Source of the DNA: Armatimonadota bacterium
GTDB lineage: Bacteria > Armatimonadota > UBA10988
Reading direction: 5' to 3'
Assembly: GCA_016235455.1 (NCBI GenBank)
Contig: JACRKZ010000043.1
Coordinates: 1-64,000, forward strand
Length of the DNA: 64,000 nucleotides
The first letter of the stretch is position 1. The number at the start of each line of letters is the position of its first letter. The notes beneath the pieces are model-generated. The model made no database searches and had not been told where the DNA came from. It worked only from the letters and a program-made list of their open reading frames with translations. A program made the translations under genes and the position numbers. This document shows positions 9,540 through 18,785 of the stretch, piece after piece.

Positions 9540-10388
9540 ATGCGTGAGCCCGAGTGGTTGGGTTGGCCGTGGCAGGATGTGGTGACGCAGGCGAAGGTGC
9601 CGGTGGTGGTGCTGCCGGACAAGCAGCGCCTGTTTGCCCATATGGCCGAGGAGATGGCCGCCGAGCTGCGCGCGAACAACGCCGAGGACCGGCCCACGCG
9701 CTGGATCCTGCCGGTGGGACCCACGGGCCAGTATGAGCACCTGACCGAGATCATCAACCGCGACCGCATCGACCTCAGCCGGCTGTATACCTTCCAGATG
9801 GATGAGTACCTGGACTGGACCTGCCGCACGCTGCCCCAGGATGACCCGCTGAGCTTCGCCGGCACGCTCCGGCGCCGCTTCTTCAGCAAGCTCGACCCCG
9901 ACCTGCGCCCGCCCGAGAACCGCCACAAGGCGCCCGACCCCCGCCACCTGGACTCGCTGGCCGAAGCCATCGACATGGCCGGCGGCGTCGACACCTGCTG
10001 GGGCGGCATCGGCGTGCATGGTCACATCGCCTTCAATGAGCCGCCCAGCACCTACTTCCACGCCATCAGCGACGAGGAGATGAAGGAGGCGCCGACGATG
10101 ATCGTCGCCCTCCAGCCCGACACCCGCGTGGTCAACGCCATCTCCTCGGCCGGCGGCAACTTCGAAGCCATTCCGCCCTATGCCGTGACCATCGGCATGC
10201 GCGACATTCTGGCCGCTCGCCGCATCCGACTCTGCGCGCACCGCAGCATGTGGCAGCGCGCCGTGTGGCGCCGCGCGGTCATGGAGGAGCCGTCGGTACG
10301 CTACCCGGTGACCTTCATCCAGGAGCATCGCGACGCCGCCATCTATGTCGACGAAGCCACGGCGGCACCGGCGGTAACATCGCTCTGA
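9540..10388 (+). CDS. Glucosamine-6-phosphate isomerase/deaminase family protein (NagB-like)
   Basis: LPVGPTGQY, FQMDEY and GGIGVHGHIAFNEP motifs; AGGAG RBS before ATG 9540. Confidence 0.85.
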   Translation: MREPEWLGWPWQDVVTQAKVPVVVLPDKQRLFAHMAEEMAAELRANNAEDRPTRWILPVGPTGQYEHLTEIINRDRIDLSRLYTFQMDEYLDWTCRTLPQDDPLSFAGTLRRRFFSKLDPDLRPPENRHKAPDPRHLDSLAEAIDMAGGVDTCWGGIGVHGHIAFNEPPSTYFHAISDEEMKEAPTMIVALQPDTRVVNAISSAGGNFEAIPPYAVTIGMRDILAARRIRLCAHRSMWQRAVWRRAVMEEPSVRYPVTFIQEHRDAAIYVDEATAAPAVTSL

Positions 10389-10408
10389 AGCAAGTTAGGG
10401 GACAAGTC

Positions 10409-10942
10409 ATGGAGCTGTTCGAAGCCATTGCCGAGCGCTACAGCTATCGCGGCGAGTACACCGGGCAGAGCGTGCCGCGCGAGCACCTACAGCAGATCCT
10501 GCAGGCTGGCCTGGCCGCGCCATCGGGCTGCAACAGCCAGTCCACGCGCTTTGTCGCCGTGGATGACCCGGCCCTGCTCAGCCAGATCAGCGACCTGCTG
10601 CCGCCACGCAACGCCTCACGCACGGCCCAGGCCATGATCTTCGCCGTGGTCGACGCCAAGGCGCCGGCGGTCTATGAGGACATGAGCTTCCAGGTGGAAG
10701 ACTGCGCCGCGGCCGTGCAGAACATGCTGCTGGCCATCACCGCGCTGGGTTACGCCTCGGTGTGGATCGACGGCGTGCTGCGCGTGGAGAACCGCGCCCA
10801 GAAGATCGGCGCGCTGCTCGGCGTGCCGGCGAGCAAGGTCGTACGCATCATGCTGCCCATCGGCGTGCCGGTCGAAGCTGGTCCCCGCCGCGAGAAGCTG
10901 CCGTTCGACGAGCGCGCCTGGTTCAATCGGTACGAAGCCTAG
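10409..10942 (+). CDS. Nitroreductase family protein
   Basis: AIAERYSYR, AAPSGCNSQ and AAVQNMLLAITALGYASVW motifs. Confidence 0.9.
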   Translation: MELFEAIAERYSYRGEYTGQSVPREHLQQILQAGLAAPSGCNSQSTRFVAVDDPALLSQISDLLPPRNASRTAQAMIFAVVDAKAPAVYEDMSFQVEDCAAAVQNMLLAITALGYASVWIDGVLRVENRAQKIGALLGVPASKVVRIMLPIGVPVEAGPRREKLPFDERAWFNRYEA

Positions 10943-12026
10943 CTAGCGCCTTGGCCTTGGCCAGCCGGTCGGGGCCCAGCACGGCCTCCAGCATGGCCAT
11001 GACATTGGCTGTGGGCGTGCCCACCTGCACCGCGTGTGACGGCGCCGCCACGTAACCACCGCTGCCGCCGTCCAGCGTCGCCCGCAGATGCGCGCACTCG
11101 CGCCGCACCTCGTCGGGCCTGCCGAATCGTAGCCAAGTCTGCACGCTGATGCCGCCGTGGAAGCCGATCTGGTCGCCGAAGCGCTCCTTGAGCCCGGCTG
11201 GGTCCATGCCGGAGCACTCGGTCTGCACCGCCTCCAGCGCATCGATGCCCGACTCGATGAGGTCAGCCAGCACCTCGGCTACGGCGCCATCGCTGTGATA
11301 CAGCACCAGCCCGATCGGCGCGATGCGGTGGATGTGTTGGTGCAGCCGGCAGTGGTGCGGCCAGATGACGTCGCGGTACATGCCGCGCGAGCAGAGCAGG
11401 CCGTGCTGGCCACCCAGGTCGTCGGCGCAGAACCACAGATCGACCAGGTCGCCAGCCGCGGCCGCCATGCGGTCCAGCCGCGCGACGAAGTAGTCGACGA
11501 TGTGCCCCAACGCGCGGTCGACCACCTCGGGCCGTAGCGCGAGGTTGAGCATGGTCTGCTCGAGCCCGGTCATCCACGAGTAGGTCTCGAACGGATTGCC
11601 GGCGCTGACGCGGATGGCCTTTTCGCCCCACCGCTGCCTGGCGCCGGCCACGGCCGCGCGCAAAGCCTGGTCGTCCCACGCGGCCGGGTCGGGCCAAGGG
11701 TGGTCGTCCACCGCGCTGATGCTGTCGGCCTGGGCCAGCGGCGTGGCGTTGATCTCGGCATAGGCGCCATTGCCGTAGCTCTGCGCCTGCCGGCCGATGC
11801 CCCAGATGTCGACGCCAGGGGGCAGCGCCGGCCCGACGTAGCGCGGCCCGACGGACAGCACGTCGTCGGTCACCGCGCGCAGCCGGTCCCAGTCCAGCCC
11901 CTGGCGCACCAGGTCGCGGCGCAGGACGTTGGCCATCTCGCCGGTCGGGCCGAAGCCCCAGGAGAAGGGCGGCTGGTCGACCGGTTGGCGGCGGAGGGCG
12001 GTGGTGAGGCGGAGGTGAGGGGTCAT
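10923..12026 (-). CDS. Uroporphyrinogen decarboxylase/MtaA-CmuA family protein
   Basis: ADDLGGQ, YHSDG, FHGGISVQ and GGYVAAPSH motifs. Confidence 0.85.
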   Translation of the reverse strand: MTPHLRLTTALRRQPVDQPPFSWGFGPTGEMANVLRRDLVRQGLDWDRLRAVTDDVLSVGPRYVGPALPPGVDIWGIGRQAQSYGNGAYAEINATPLAQADSISAVDDHPWPDPAAWDDQALRAAVAGARQRWGEKAIRVSAGNPFETYSWMTGLEQTMLNLALRPEVVDRALGHIVDYFVARLDRMAAAAGDLVDLWFCADDLGGQHGLLCSRGMYRDVIWPHHCRLHQHIHRIAPIGLVLYHSDGAVAEVLADLIESGIDALEAVQTECSGMDPAGLKERFGDQIGFHGGISVQTWLRFGRPDEVRRECAHLRATLDGGSGGYVAAPSHAVQVGTPTANVMAMLEAVLGPDRLAKAKALARLRTD

Positions 12027-12052
12027 GACGGGCTCGCTCGGTGTGTGGCCAC

Positions 12053-13258
12053 CTACTCAGGCGGGCTGCCCGCGACATCCCCGCCACGGCCGGGAGTCCA
12101 GCGAGCGCGCCCGTTGCGGAAGAAGTGAACCACACTTCCGTTCGTGGCAGCATAGCACTCGATCGGCGTGTCGTGCGTTGACGTAAGCAGTCTGGCCACA
12201 TCGGTCACATGCGCCTTCAACTCCTCTCCGACCTCGGATAGGATCACCAGCGAAGCCCCCGTGGCCAGGGCGGCGTTGCGCACGCCCACCATGCCGAGGT
12301 GGTTGGTGTCCATGGGCGACATCTCGCCGACGATTGTCAGGAGTTCAGAACGTTGTGCGGTGCTGATGTGCGCCACCAGTACGGGTCCCGGGCGGGCGGC
12401 ACCGTCGGTGAGGTGGAGCGCTTCGTACGCCGCCTTCACCTCCGGGCACCAGCGCGTGTCGCTGGTGATGATGAGGGAAGCGTTGCGTTCATCGATGGCG
12501 ATGCACAAGCCGAAGCCTTCGCGCCGACCATGCCGCATCGGCAGCTTGGTGACCGCGGCGCGAATGTACCCGGCGTCGTCCTTGAGCAGGAACTGGCCCG
12601 CATCTGTCATGGGCATCAGACAGAACGGGCCGTCGTCGATCGTGGTGGCGAATGCGGCACTGGTCTCCGGATCGAACAGCAGCCCGGCTTTACGCTGGGG
12701 TTCGCTGGCCGGACGTTGCCGCTCCCGCGCGCGCAGCAGTGACAGCAGTGCCGGTAGGTCTGCAAAGTGGTCGTCGTGGAAATGCGTTACGACGATGCCA
12801 TCAACGTCGGCAATAGTATGGTTGGCGGCGTAGAAGTTGTTGAGGAACCCGTGTCCAGGGTCGATGACAAGGCCGTAGCCGAGCAACGACGCGAAGTAGC
12901 CTCCACCGTGGTGCCGGTTCGATGCCATGGGTAGCAGTGGCGAGTAGGATGAGTAGTCCTTGAGGAACTTGAGGTAGCACCCTTCGGGCGTGACCGCGGA
13001 ACGGCAGGTCATCGACTTGAGGCGGGCCTCGGCCAAGGCCACTGCATCGCCGGCTGTGCCTCGGCCATGGCCATCGTCGACGTAGAATCGCCAGAGGAGT
13101 TCGTCTAGCCCACCGGCGTCGGCGTAACTGCCGCCGAGCCACTGGGCGAGCCTGTGAGCGAGGGCAGGGGCTCGGTCAGTGCGGTCCTCACGATGCCGCC
13201 GGCCCACGTCGTCCAGCCAGCGGCTCACCAACTCCAGCAGGTTGCCTTCGCTATGCAT
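12053..13258 (-). CDS. MBL-fold metallo-hydrolase with ~90-aa helical N-terminal extension
   Basis: LVIDPG, THFHDDH (HxHxDH), later H and SDT motifs, NHLG and LSEVGEE; ATG overlaps the upstream stop (TGATG). Confidence 0.85.
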   Translation of the reverse strand: MHSEGNLLELVSRWLDDVGRRHREDRTDRAPALAHRLAQWLGGSYADAGGLDELLWRFYVDDGHGRGTAGDAVALAEARLKSMTCRSAVTPEGCYLKFLKDYSSYSPLLPMASNRHHGGGYFASLLGYGLVIDPGHGFLNNFYAANHTIADVDGIVVTHFHDDHFADLPALLSLLRARERQRPASEPQRKAGLLFDPETSAAFATTIDDGPFCLMPMTDAGQFLLKDDAGYIRAAVTKLPMRHGRREGFGLCIAIDERNASLIITSDTRWCPEVKAAYEALHLTDGAARPGPVLVAHISTAQRSELLTIVGEMSPMDTNHLGMVGVRNAALATGASLVILSEVGEELKAHVTDVARLLTSTHDTPIECYAATNGSVVHFFRNGRARWTPGRGGDVAGSPPE

Positions 13259-16200
13259 CAGTGCCCCCCAGTCTGATCGGCACCGTCTGCAAGAGCCTGA
13301 GCTGCATCGGCAATGTCCTGGTGGCCCAGCCTCTCAAGCGCCCCCAAGAACGCGTGCCACGCATTGCGCGCGGAGCTACCGCGCGGCCTGGGCTTAGTGC
13401 AATAGGAGGCCCATGCGGTCGGCGGGTTGTCGCGGTCGCGTTGCAGGCACTCGGCGAGGATGCCGGCGCACACGCGCGGAATCACATCGTAGTCGGCGGA
13501 CACCATGCAGATGCCATCCACAAGCACTTCGAGGCTCACGGGCATCAGGTCGCTGCCGGCTTTGGGCGCCGACTGGCCGCTGCCGATGAGCGTGCAGCGG
13601 TAGAAGTCAGGCTCAACGGCCACTGCCTGGCTGGACCAGTCATGGCCTAACAGCACCGCCTTGACCTGGGCCAAGGTGTCGGCTTCGTAGGCCGGTGCAA
13701 GGTGCGGCTTAGGTGGGTTCTGGCCCCTGGCGACGTACGACCCGCAATTGAGCCGGATCGCCAGCAACCGCTCGGCAGAGAGAAGCTCCAGCGGCGGCGC
13801 CATGTCATTCTCTTGTCGGTCGCCGACCATGGCCAGCCGCATCTTCGGTAGGCCCTCCTCTCGTCGGAATAGCTCCGAGACCGAAGCCAGGCATTGTCGG
13901 GGAGCATCGGGGCGGTGCAAGATGGCTCGGATCGCGGCCGAATAGAAGGTCAGGTACTCCTTATGCTCCATGCGCTCGAAAACATCGCCGACCAGCTTCT
14001 GGGCCGTGATCTGGCGCTCAAGCAGCGCCAGCTGGTCGGTCAATGAGGTGCACCGCACGAGGTACTCGCGCTCGAACCCCGCGATGGCCCGCTCCGCCTC
14101 GGCAGGCAGCGCTGTCAAGGGGCAGTCCTCGGGTGAAGGGCAGTCCAGCTCGGACTGCAGCCGACGCGCGTGCTCGATGCTCTCCTGGAGCGGGAGCTTG
14201 ACCAGCGCGTAGATCTGGCCCAGCGTGTCCCGCGCACGGCGCAGATCGTCGATGGCGTTGCCCCGCTCGGCGCGCAGCCGGTTCAGCTCGTCTTTGAACA
14301 TGCGGTGGTCGTTGGCTGGTTGCGCGGCCTCGCTGGTGGTGAGCATCATGTGTGCGGGGATGAACTCGTCCAGACCCGCTCTGCGGATCTTGTCCCACTG
14401 CACCTCAGCGGCGCCCTCGGACACCACATAGACCCGGAACCGCCCTTCGACGGTCAGCGAGCGCAACAGGTCGCGGGCCTCCTTGAGCGGCGTGATGGGC
14501 GTCTCCCAGAAGACATCGCGCGCGGCCTCGATGAGTGCGCGCTGGTCGGCCAGAACGGCCCGGTAGGCGCTGCGCAGGTCCTCGACCCAGTCCGGCTCGG
14601 CGTCGGTACCGAGCCGGAGCGAGCCGATCTGCTTCTCGGCGCCCTCGCCCTTGAGTTGGCCGAGGTGGCGCAGCTGACGCTCCACCTCCTCGATCCGCCT
14701 GATCCGCTTCGGGTCGGTCGTTCGCGCTGCTCCGCCGAGTTCATCCTGGTGCGCCTCCGACAGCAGTAGCAGCGTGGCGTACCATCCCACGCAGTTCCAT
14801 GCCTGACGGAAGTCGCCGTAGTCCAGTCGATTGAACAGTAGATGGGGCCTGTACACGGCATTGGTGAAGCGGTCCAGCCACGCGTCGATCAGTGCCTCCC
14901 AGGCCTCGGGGGCATCGTCGTACGCGAGATAGCGGAACCTGGGGTCCCGGGACTTGGCCTGAGCGTGAAGGCCCTCGATCAGCTTGCGGATCGGCAATCG
15001 CAGCATGGCCTCGCGCTGCTGTGTGGAGTTGATCAGGGTCGCATCAAGATCGAGCATCACGCCGATCTCGGGTTCCGGCGCCTTGGCGCCGCTCGCGACG
15101 GGCGTCTCGTCGTCGTTTGGCGAACAACGCGCGTCCAGTTCGCTCCGTTTGTCGCCCTCGCTATCGTCCCTGGCGACGTCAGCGTCGCCACCGGTGTCGG
15201 GCCCTTCATCGGCCTTCCTGCAGTCCAGCGCGTACTCCCTGGCCAGCGCAAGTTCGACCAGCCGCTCGGGTGGGATGCGCTCCACTGCCAGGCGGTGGTT
15301 CGCGTTGTCGGTCGCGTTGAGTTGTGGCCAGTTCCTGACCGTGCTCGGGCTCAGGCCTCGCCTGTGGTCGGACACCAAGTCGGTACCGCAGTCTAGAATA
15401 CGGTCCCAGCAACTGGGATCGTCCAAGTCCTCAGCACCCCACTCAGTGACCATCTCGCTGGTGGTTGCGATCAGGGTTGAGTCAGCCTTCGGCTGTCTGG
15501 CGCGCGCCGCCAGGTCGGCGACCGCTCGACGAGTGGCTTCGGCGAGCACCACCCCGGCCCTGAACGCATCGGAGAGCCCCTCCTCGTTACGGTCCACGCT
15601 GGCGCCTTGGCCTCGGAGCACCGGCTCGCCAGGCCGCGCGTAGAGCGGTGGCAAGCTCTTCCCAAAGCGGATCAGCGGCACGCCAAGGGCATTGGCCAAG
15701 TCCCCCCACCGGGCCTCGTCGTCGAAATCCTGTGGGCGGCACTGGCAGGCAAGGTGCTTGGCGACTGCCTGGAAGGCATCGTCGGCGACAAACACACCGG
15801 CTATATGGGCGCCCTGGCAGTTACGTAGTCGGCAAAGCACCTCCACCTGCTCACCCTCCGTGGCGTGCGAGGCGTCGGCGAACAGCGAGACGGGCGGAGG
15901 GGTGGTGCGCATAGATTGCAGACGGTCCAGTTCCTCGAGAAGGCCGGTCAGCAGGGGGCGGTACGGCTCATGGACGATGGAGCTGAAGTAGATGACGCGC
16001 GCCTCGAGCAGAAGGCGGCGCAGCGAGTGGCGCGCCAAATCTGCTGGGCCGAGCTCGCCGCCACGCTCCGGTCTGCGCGCGATGGTTGGCAAGGCGCCCG
16101 AATTGCTCTTCCGGAGCGCCGTGCGCACCTCGCCGCCTTCGCGCCCAATGACGCAGTGCAGCAGCTCACGGTCACTGCGTTGTGGGCAGCGACGCGCTTC

Positions 16201-16509
16201 CTGCTTGTCACGCAGGAAGTACCTGCCGAGGGGCGATGTCTTGGTGGCCAAGTGGACCCGGTACAGCCCATCATCGTCCGTGGACTGGTCGAGCAGCATC
16301 ATGGCCAGGCGCGCCGCACGGCCCCCGATGCCCAGGACCTTGTCGCGCGGATCGCGGCTGAAGAGGGCGTCCTCGCGGAAGTCGAGTACCAAGTCGGGCA
16401 TGGCCACGATCTCAACCGGCACGCCCTCGCCGCTTGGCATCCCGCCATCGTCTGGGTACGACATGTACTTAAGGGTCTCCAGGTGACGCCTAACCATGCT
16501 AAAGGACAT
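13258..16509 (-). CDS. Multidomain protein (1083 aa): PfkB/ribokinase-like N-domain plus HAD-family phosphatase with coiled-coil insert
   Basis: GGAGG RBS before ATG 16509. PfkB-like GIGGRAARLA and GLSDAFRAG; HAD motifs DLDATL (I), VVSEG (II), K in HKEY (III, tentative) and MVGDRQEND (IV). Confidence 0.75.
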   Translation of the reverse strand: MSFSMVRRHLETLKYMSYPDDGGMPSGEGVPVEIVAMPDLVLDFREDALFSRDPRDKVLGIGGRAARLAMMLLDQSTDDDGLYRVHLATKTSPLGRYFLRDKQEARRCPQRSDRELLHCVIGREGGEVRTALRKSNSGALPTIARRPERGGELGPADLARHSLRRLLLEARVIYFSSIVHEPYRPLLTGLLEELDRLQSMRTTPPPVSLFADASHATEGEQVEVLCRLRNCQGAHIAGVFVADDAFQAVAKHLACQCRPQDFDDEARWGDLANALGVPLIRFGKSLPPLYARPGEPVLRGQGASVDRNEEGLSDAFRAGVVLAEATRRAVADLAARARQPKADSTLIATTSEMVTEWGAEDLDDPSCWDRILDCGTDLVSDHRRGLSPSTVRNWPQLNATDNANHRLAVERIPPERLVELALAREYALDCRKADEGPDTGGDADVARDDSEGDKRSELDARCSPNDDETPVASGAKAPEPEIGVMLDLDATLINSTQQREAMLRLPIRKLIEGLHAQAKSRDPRFRYLAYDDAPEAWEALIDAWLDRFTNAVYRPHLLFNRLDYGDFRQAWNCVGWYATLLLLSEAHQDELGGAARTTDPKRIRRIEEVERQLRHLGQLKGEGAEKQIGSLRLGTDAEPDWVEDLRSAYRAVLADQRALIEAARDVFWETPITPLKEARDLLRSLTVEGRFRVYVVSEGAAEVQWDKIRRAGLDEFIPAHMMLTTSEAAQPANDHRMFKDELNRLRAERGNAIDDLRRARDTLGQIYALVKLPLQESIEHARRLQSELDCPSPEDCPLTALPAEAERAIAGFEREYLVRCTSLTDQLALLERQITAQKLVGDVFERMEHKEYLTFYSAAIRAILHRPDAPRQCLASVSELFRREEGLPKMRLAMVGDRQENDMAPPLELLSAERLLAIRLNCGSYVARGQNPPKPHLAPAYEADTLAQVKAVLLGHDWSSQAVAVEPDFYRCTLIGSGQSAPKAGSDLMPVSLEVLVDGICMVSADYDVIPRVCAGILAECLQRDRDNPPTAWASYCTKPRPRGSSARNAWHAFLGALERLGHQDIADAAQALADGADQTGGH

Positions 16510-16529
16510 CTCGGCACCTCCACAACGCA

Positions 16530-16558
16530 ATCTTAGTCGACACAACGATTCTCCTCAA
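16530..16558 (-). promoter_or_regulatory. Putative sigma70 promoter for the PfkB-HAD/MBL operon
   Basis: Minus strand reads TTGAGG-17 nt-TAAGAT in an AT-rich patch, about 20 nt upstream of ATG 16509. Confidence 0.55.
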
Positions 16559-16693
16559 CCCATAATCTGATTCTCTTTGATGTTCTGCGCCGACGCGCCA
16601 CCGGCGCCGTGTCCTTGCCGTCAGCCGGCCCGCCGCTTGCCGCGCACCAGCCCCCTGTGCTACCCTCGCCCCACGTTGCACGAGGAGCCCGAG

Positions 16694-17752
16694 ATGATGA
16701 TCCGCCGCCTGTTGTTGCCGATTCTGGCCGTTATGGGCCTGCTGCTGGCCGGTTGCGCGCCCAAGGACGGCGCGAACGACAAGCCGTCCAACCTGCCGCC
16801 GCCCGACGCCAAGCTGACGCCGTCACTGGCGCCGTCCGGTGGGTCTGGGGGCAAGTACGCGCTGTTCATCACCAATGCCAATTCGCCGTTCTGGGACTCG
16901 GTTGAGGCCGGCATGAAGAAGGGCACCGCGGAGACCGGCGCGCAGGCCAAGATGCAGCGCAACACCGCCGGTGACGTGGCGGGCCAGATTGATCTGCTGA
17001 CGCAGGCCTTGACCAAGAAGGACGAGGTGCTGGGCGTCTGCGTGTCGGTGCTGGAGCCGGGCGCGCAGGGCATTGCCGACGCCATGAAGAAGCTGCGCGA
17101 CGCCGGTGTGCCGGTGATCACCATGGACGCCGATGGCAAGGCCGAGGCGCGCACCGCCTTCATCGGCACCAACAACCTCGAGGCCGGCAAGCTGCTCGGC
17201 CAGAAGGTCAAGGAGCTGATCCCCGGCGGCGGCAAGTACTGCGCGTTCGTCGGCACCAAGTCGGCGCAGAACGCGCGCGACCGCATTGCCGGCTTCAAGC
17301 AGGGCGCGGGCGACAAGTTCGTCGAGGTGGAGATCTACGAGGACGCGGTCGATCCGAACAAGGCGCAGTCGAACGCCGAGACCGCGCTGACCGCCCATGC
17401 CGATGCGAGCATCCTGCTCGGCCTGTGGAGCTACAACGGTCCGCTGCTGGGCCGCACGGTCAAGGACCAGAAGAAGCTCGACAAGGTCAAGGTGATCTGC
17501 TTCGACGCCGAGCAGAACCTGCTGCCGTTGCTGGCCGACGGCACGGTGACGGTGACCTGCGTGCAGCGGCCCTATGAGTTCGGCCGCCAGGGCGTGGCCC
17601 TGCTCAACCTGCTGGCCAAGGGCGACAAGGCCGGCGCGGACAAGATGCTGGGCGGCCGGGACTTCATCGACACCGGCGTGGATATCGTCACCAAGGAGAA
17701 CTACCCGCAGTTCAAGGCCGGGCTCGACGCCAAGGGGCTGAAGGGCTCGTGA
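16694..17752 (+). CDS. Sugar ABC transporter substrate-binding lipoprotein (RbsB-like)
   Basis: Lipobox LLLAGC; NSPFW, PVITMDAD, FIGTNNLEAG and QRPYEFG motifs. Confidence 0.9.
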   Translation: MMIRRLLLPILAVMGLLLAGCAPKDGANDKPSNLPPPDAKLTPSLAPSGGSGGKYALFITNANSPFWDSVEAGMKKGTAETGAQAKMQRNTAGDVAGQIDLLTQALTKKDEVLGVCVSVLEPGAQGIADAMKKLRDAGVPVITMDADGKAEARTAFIGTNNLEAGKLLGQKVKELIPGGGKYCAFVGTKSAQNARDRIAGFKQGAGDKFVEVEIYEDAVDPNKAQSNAETALTAHADASILLGLWSYNGPLLGRTVKDQKKLDKVKVICFDAEQNLLPLLADGTVTVTCVQRPYEFGRQGVALLNLLAKGDKAGADKMLGGRDFIDTGVDIVTKENYPQFKAGLDAKGLKGS

Positions 17753-18711
17753 GCGGTCTGCGGCGCGTCTTCCGGGCCCGTGAGTGGACGCTCGTGCTGG
17801 CCGTGGTCGCGGTGGTGCTGGCCATCACCGTGCTGGGCCGCGGCCAGCAGTTCGCCAGTGAGAACAACCGCACCCAGTTGCTGCGGCAGATCGCGCTGCT
17901 GGGTACCTTCGCCGTCGGCGAAGCGGTGGTGATCATCGCCGGCGGCATCGACCTGTCGGTGGGCTCGGTCATCGCCCTGGGCGCCATGCTGTCGGCGCTG
18001 GCCATCAACCGCGTCGCCGGTGCGCAGCCCGACGCCGGTCTGGCCGGTGTGCTGGTGGCCCTCGGCGCCGGCGCGCTGCTGGGCCTGCTGACCGGCCTGT
18101 TCCACTCACTGCTGGTCACCAAGCTGCGGCTGCCGCCGTTCATCGCCACGCTCAGCACGTTGGCCGGACTGCGCAGCGTCAGCCAGTTGATCACCAACTC
18201 GGCGCCGGTCCCGGTCCAGATCGAGCGCTTCAAATGGCTGGCCGACGGCACGCACGCGATGTACTTCTTCGTCGCGGCGGCCATCGCGGTGGGCCTGCTG
18301 CTGGGCTGCACGCGCGCTGGCCGCGGGCTGCGCGCCATGGGCGGCAACGAGGACGCGGCGCGGCTCAGCGGGCTGAACACGGCGCGCCTCAAGACACTGG
18401 CCTACGGCGTGTGCGGCGTGCTGGCCGGCATCGCCGGCGTGCTCTATGCCTCGCGTTCAGGCCAGGGCGACTGCCGACTGGGCGTGGGCTATGAGCTGCG
18501 GGCCATCGCCGCCTGCGTGGTCGGCGGCTGCAGCCTGAGCGGCGGCACCGGCAGCCTGAGCGGCGTGGTGCTTGGCGTGGTGCTCATGGAGACGGTGCTG
18601 AACGGCATCGGCCTGGTCATCTCGCGCAACGCCACCATGTGGGAAGGCCTGGTGACCGGCGTGGTGGTGGTGCTGGCGGTGACGCTCAACGCATTGCGGC
18701 GCGAGCGCTAA
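17749..18711 (+). CDS. Sugar ABC transporter permease (RbsC-like)
   Basis: GGIDLSVGS, LPPFIATL, GGNEDAARLSG and YELRAIAACVVGG motifs; GTGA overlap with the SBP stop. Confidence 0.92.
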   Translation: MSGLRRVFRAREWTLVLAVVAVVLAITVLGRGQQFASENNRTQLLRQIALLGTFAVGEAVVIIAGGIDLSVGSVIALGAMLSALAINRVAGAQPDAGLAGVLVALGAGALLGLLTGLFHSLLVTKLRLPPFIATLSTLAGLRSVSQLITNSAPVPVQIERFKWLADGTHAMYFFVAAAIAVGLLLGCTRAGRGLRAMGGNEDAARLSGLNTARLKTLAYGVCGVLAGIAGVLYASRSGQGDCRLGVGYELRAIAACVVGGCSLSGGTGSLSGVVLGVVLMETVLNGIGLVISRNATMWEGLVTGVVVVLAVTLNALRRER

Positions 18712-18725
18712 GCAAGGTCCAGACC

Positions 18726-18768
18726 GCAGGGCGCCCTGGCCGGATTGGCTCCGACCAGGGCGCCTTGC
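18726..18768. terminator. Hairpin between convergent genes (likely bidirectional terminator)
   Basis: gcagggcgccctggccgga / tccgaccagggcgccttgc inverted repeat with 2 mismatches. Confidence 0.55.
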
Positions 18769-18785
18769 TGTCTGGACCTTGCCGG

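Noticed and set aside
12027-16620. Mobile-element boundaries (att sites, target duplication, terminal inverted repeats) around the foreign cassette
   Set aside because: No direct or inverted repeats seen at the junctions and no integrase, transposase or tRNA nearby, so it is not called a mobile element.
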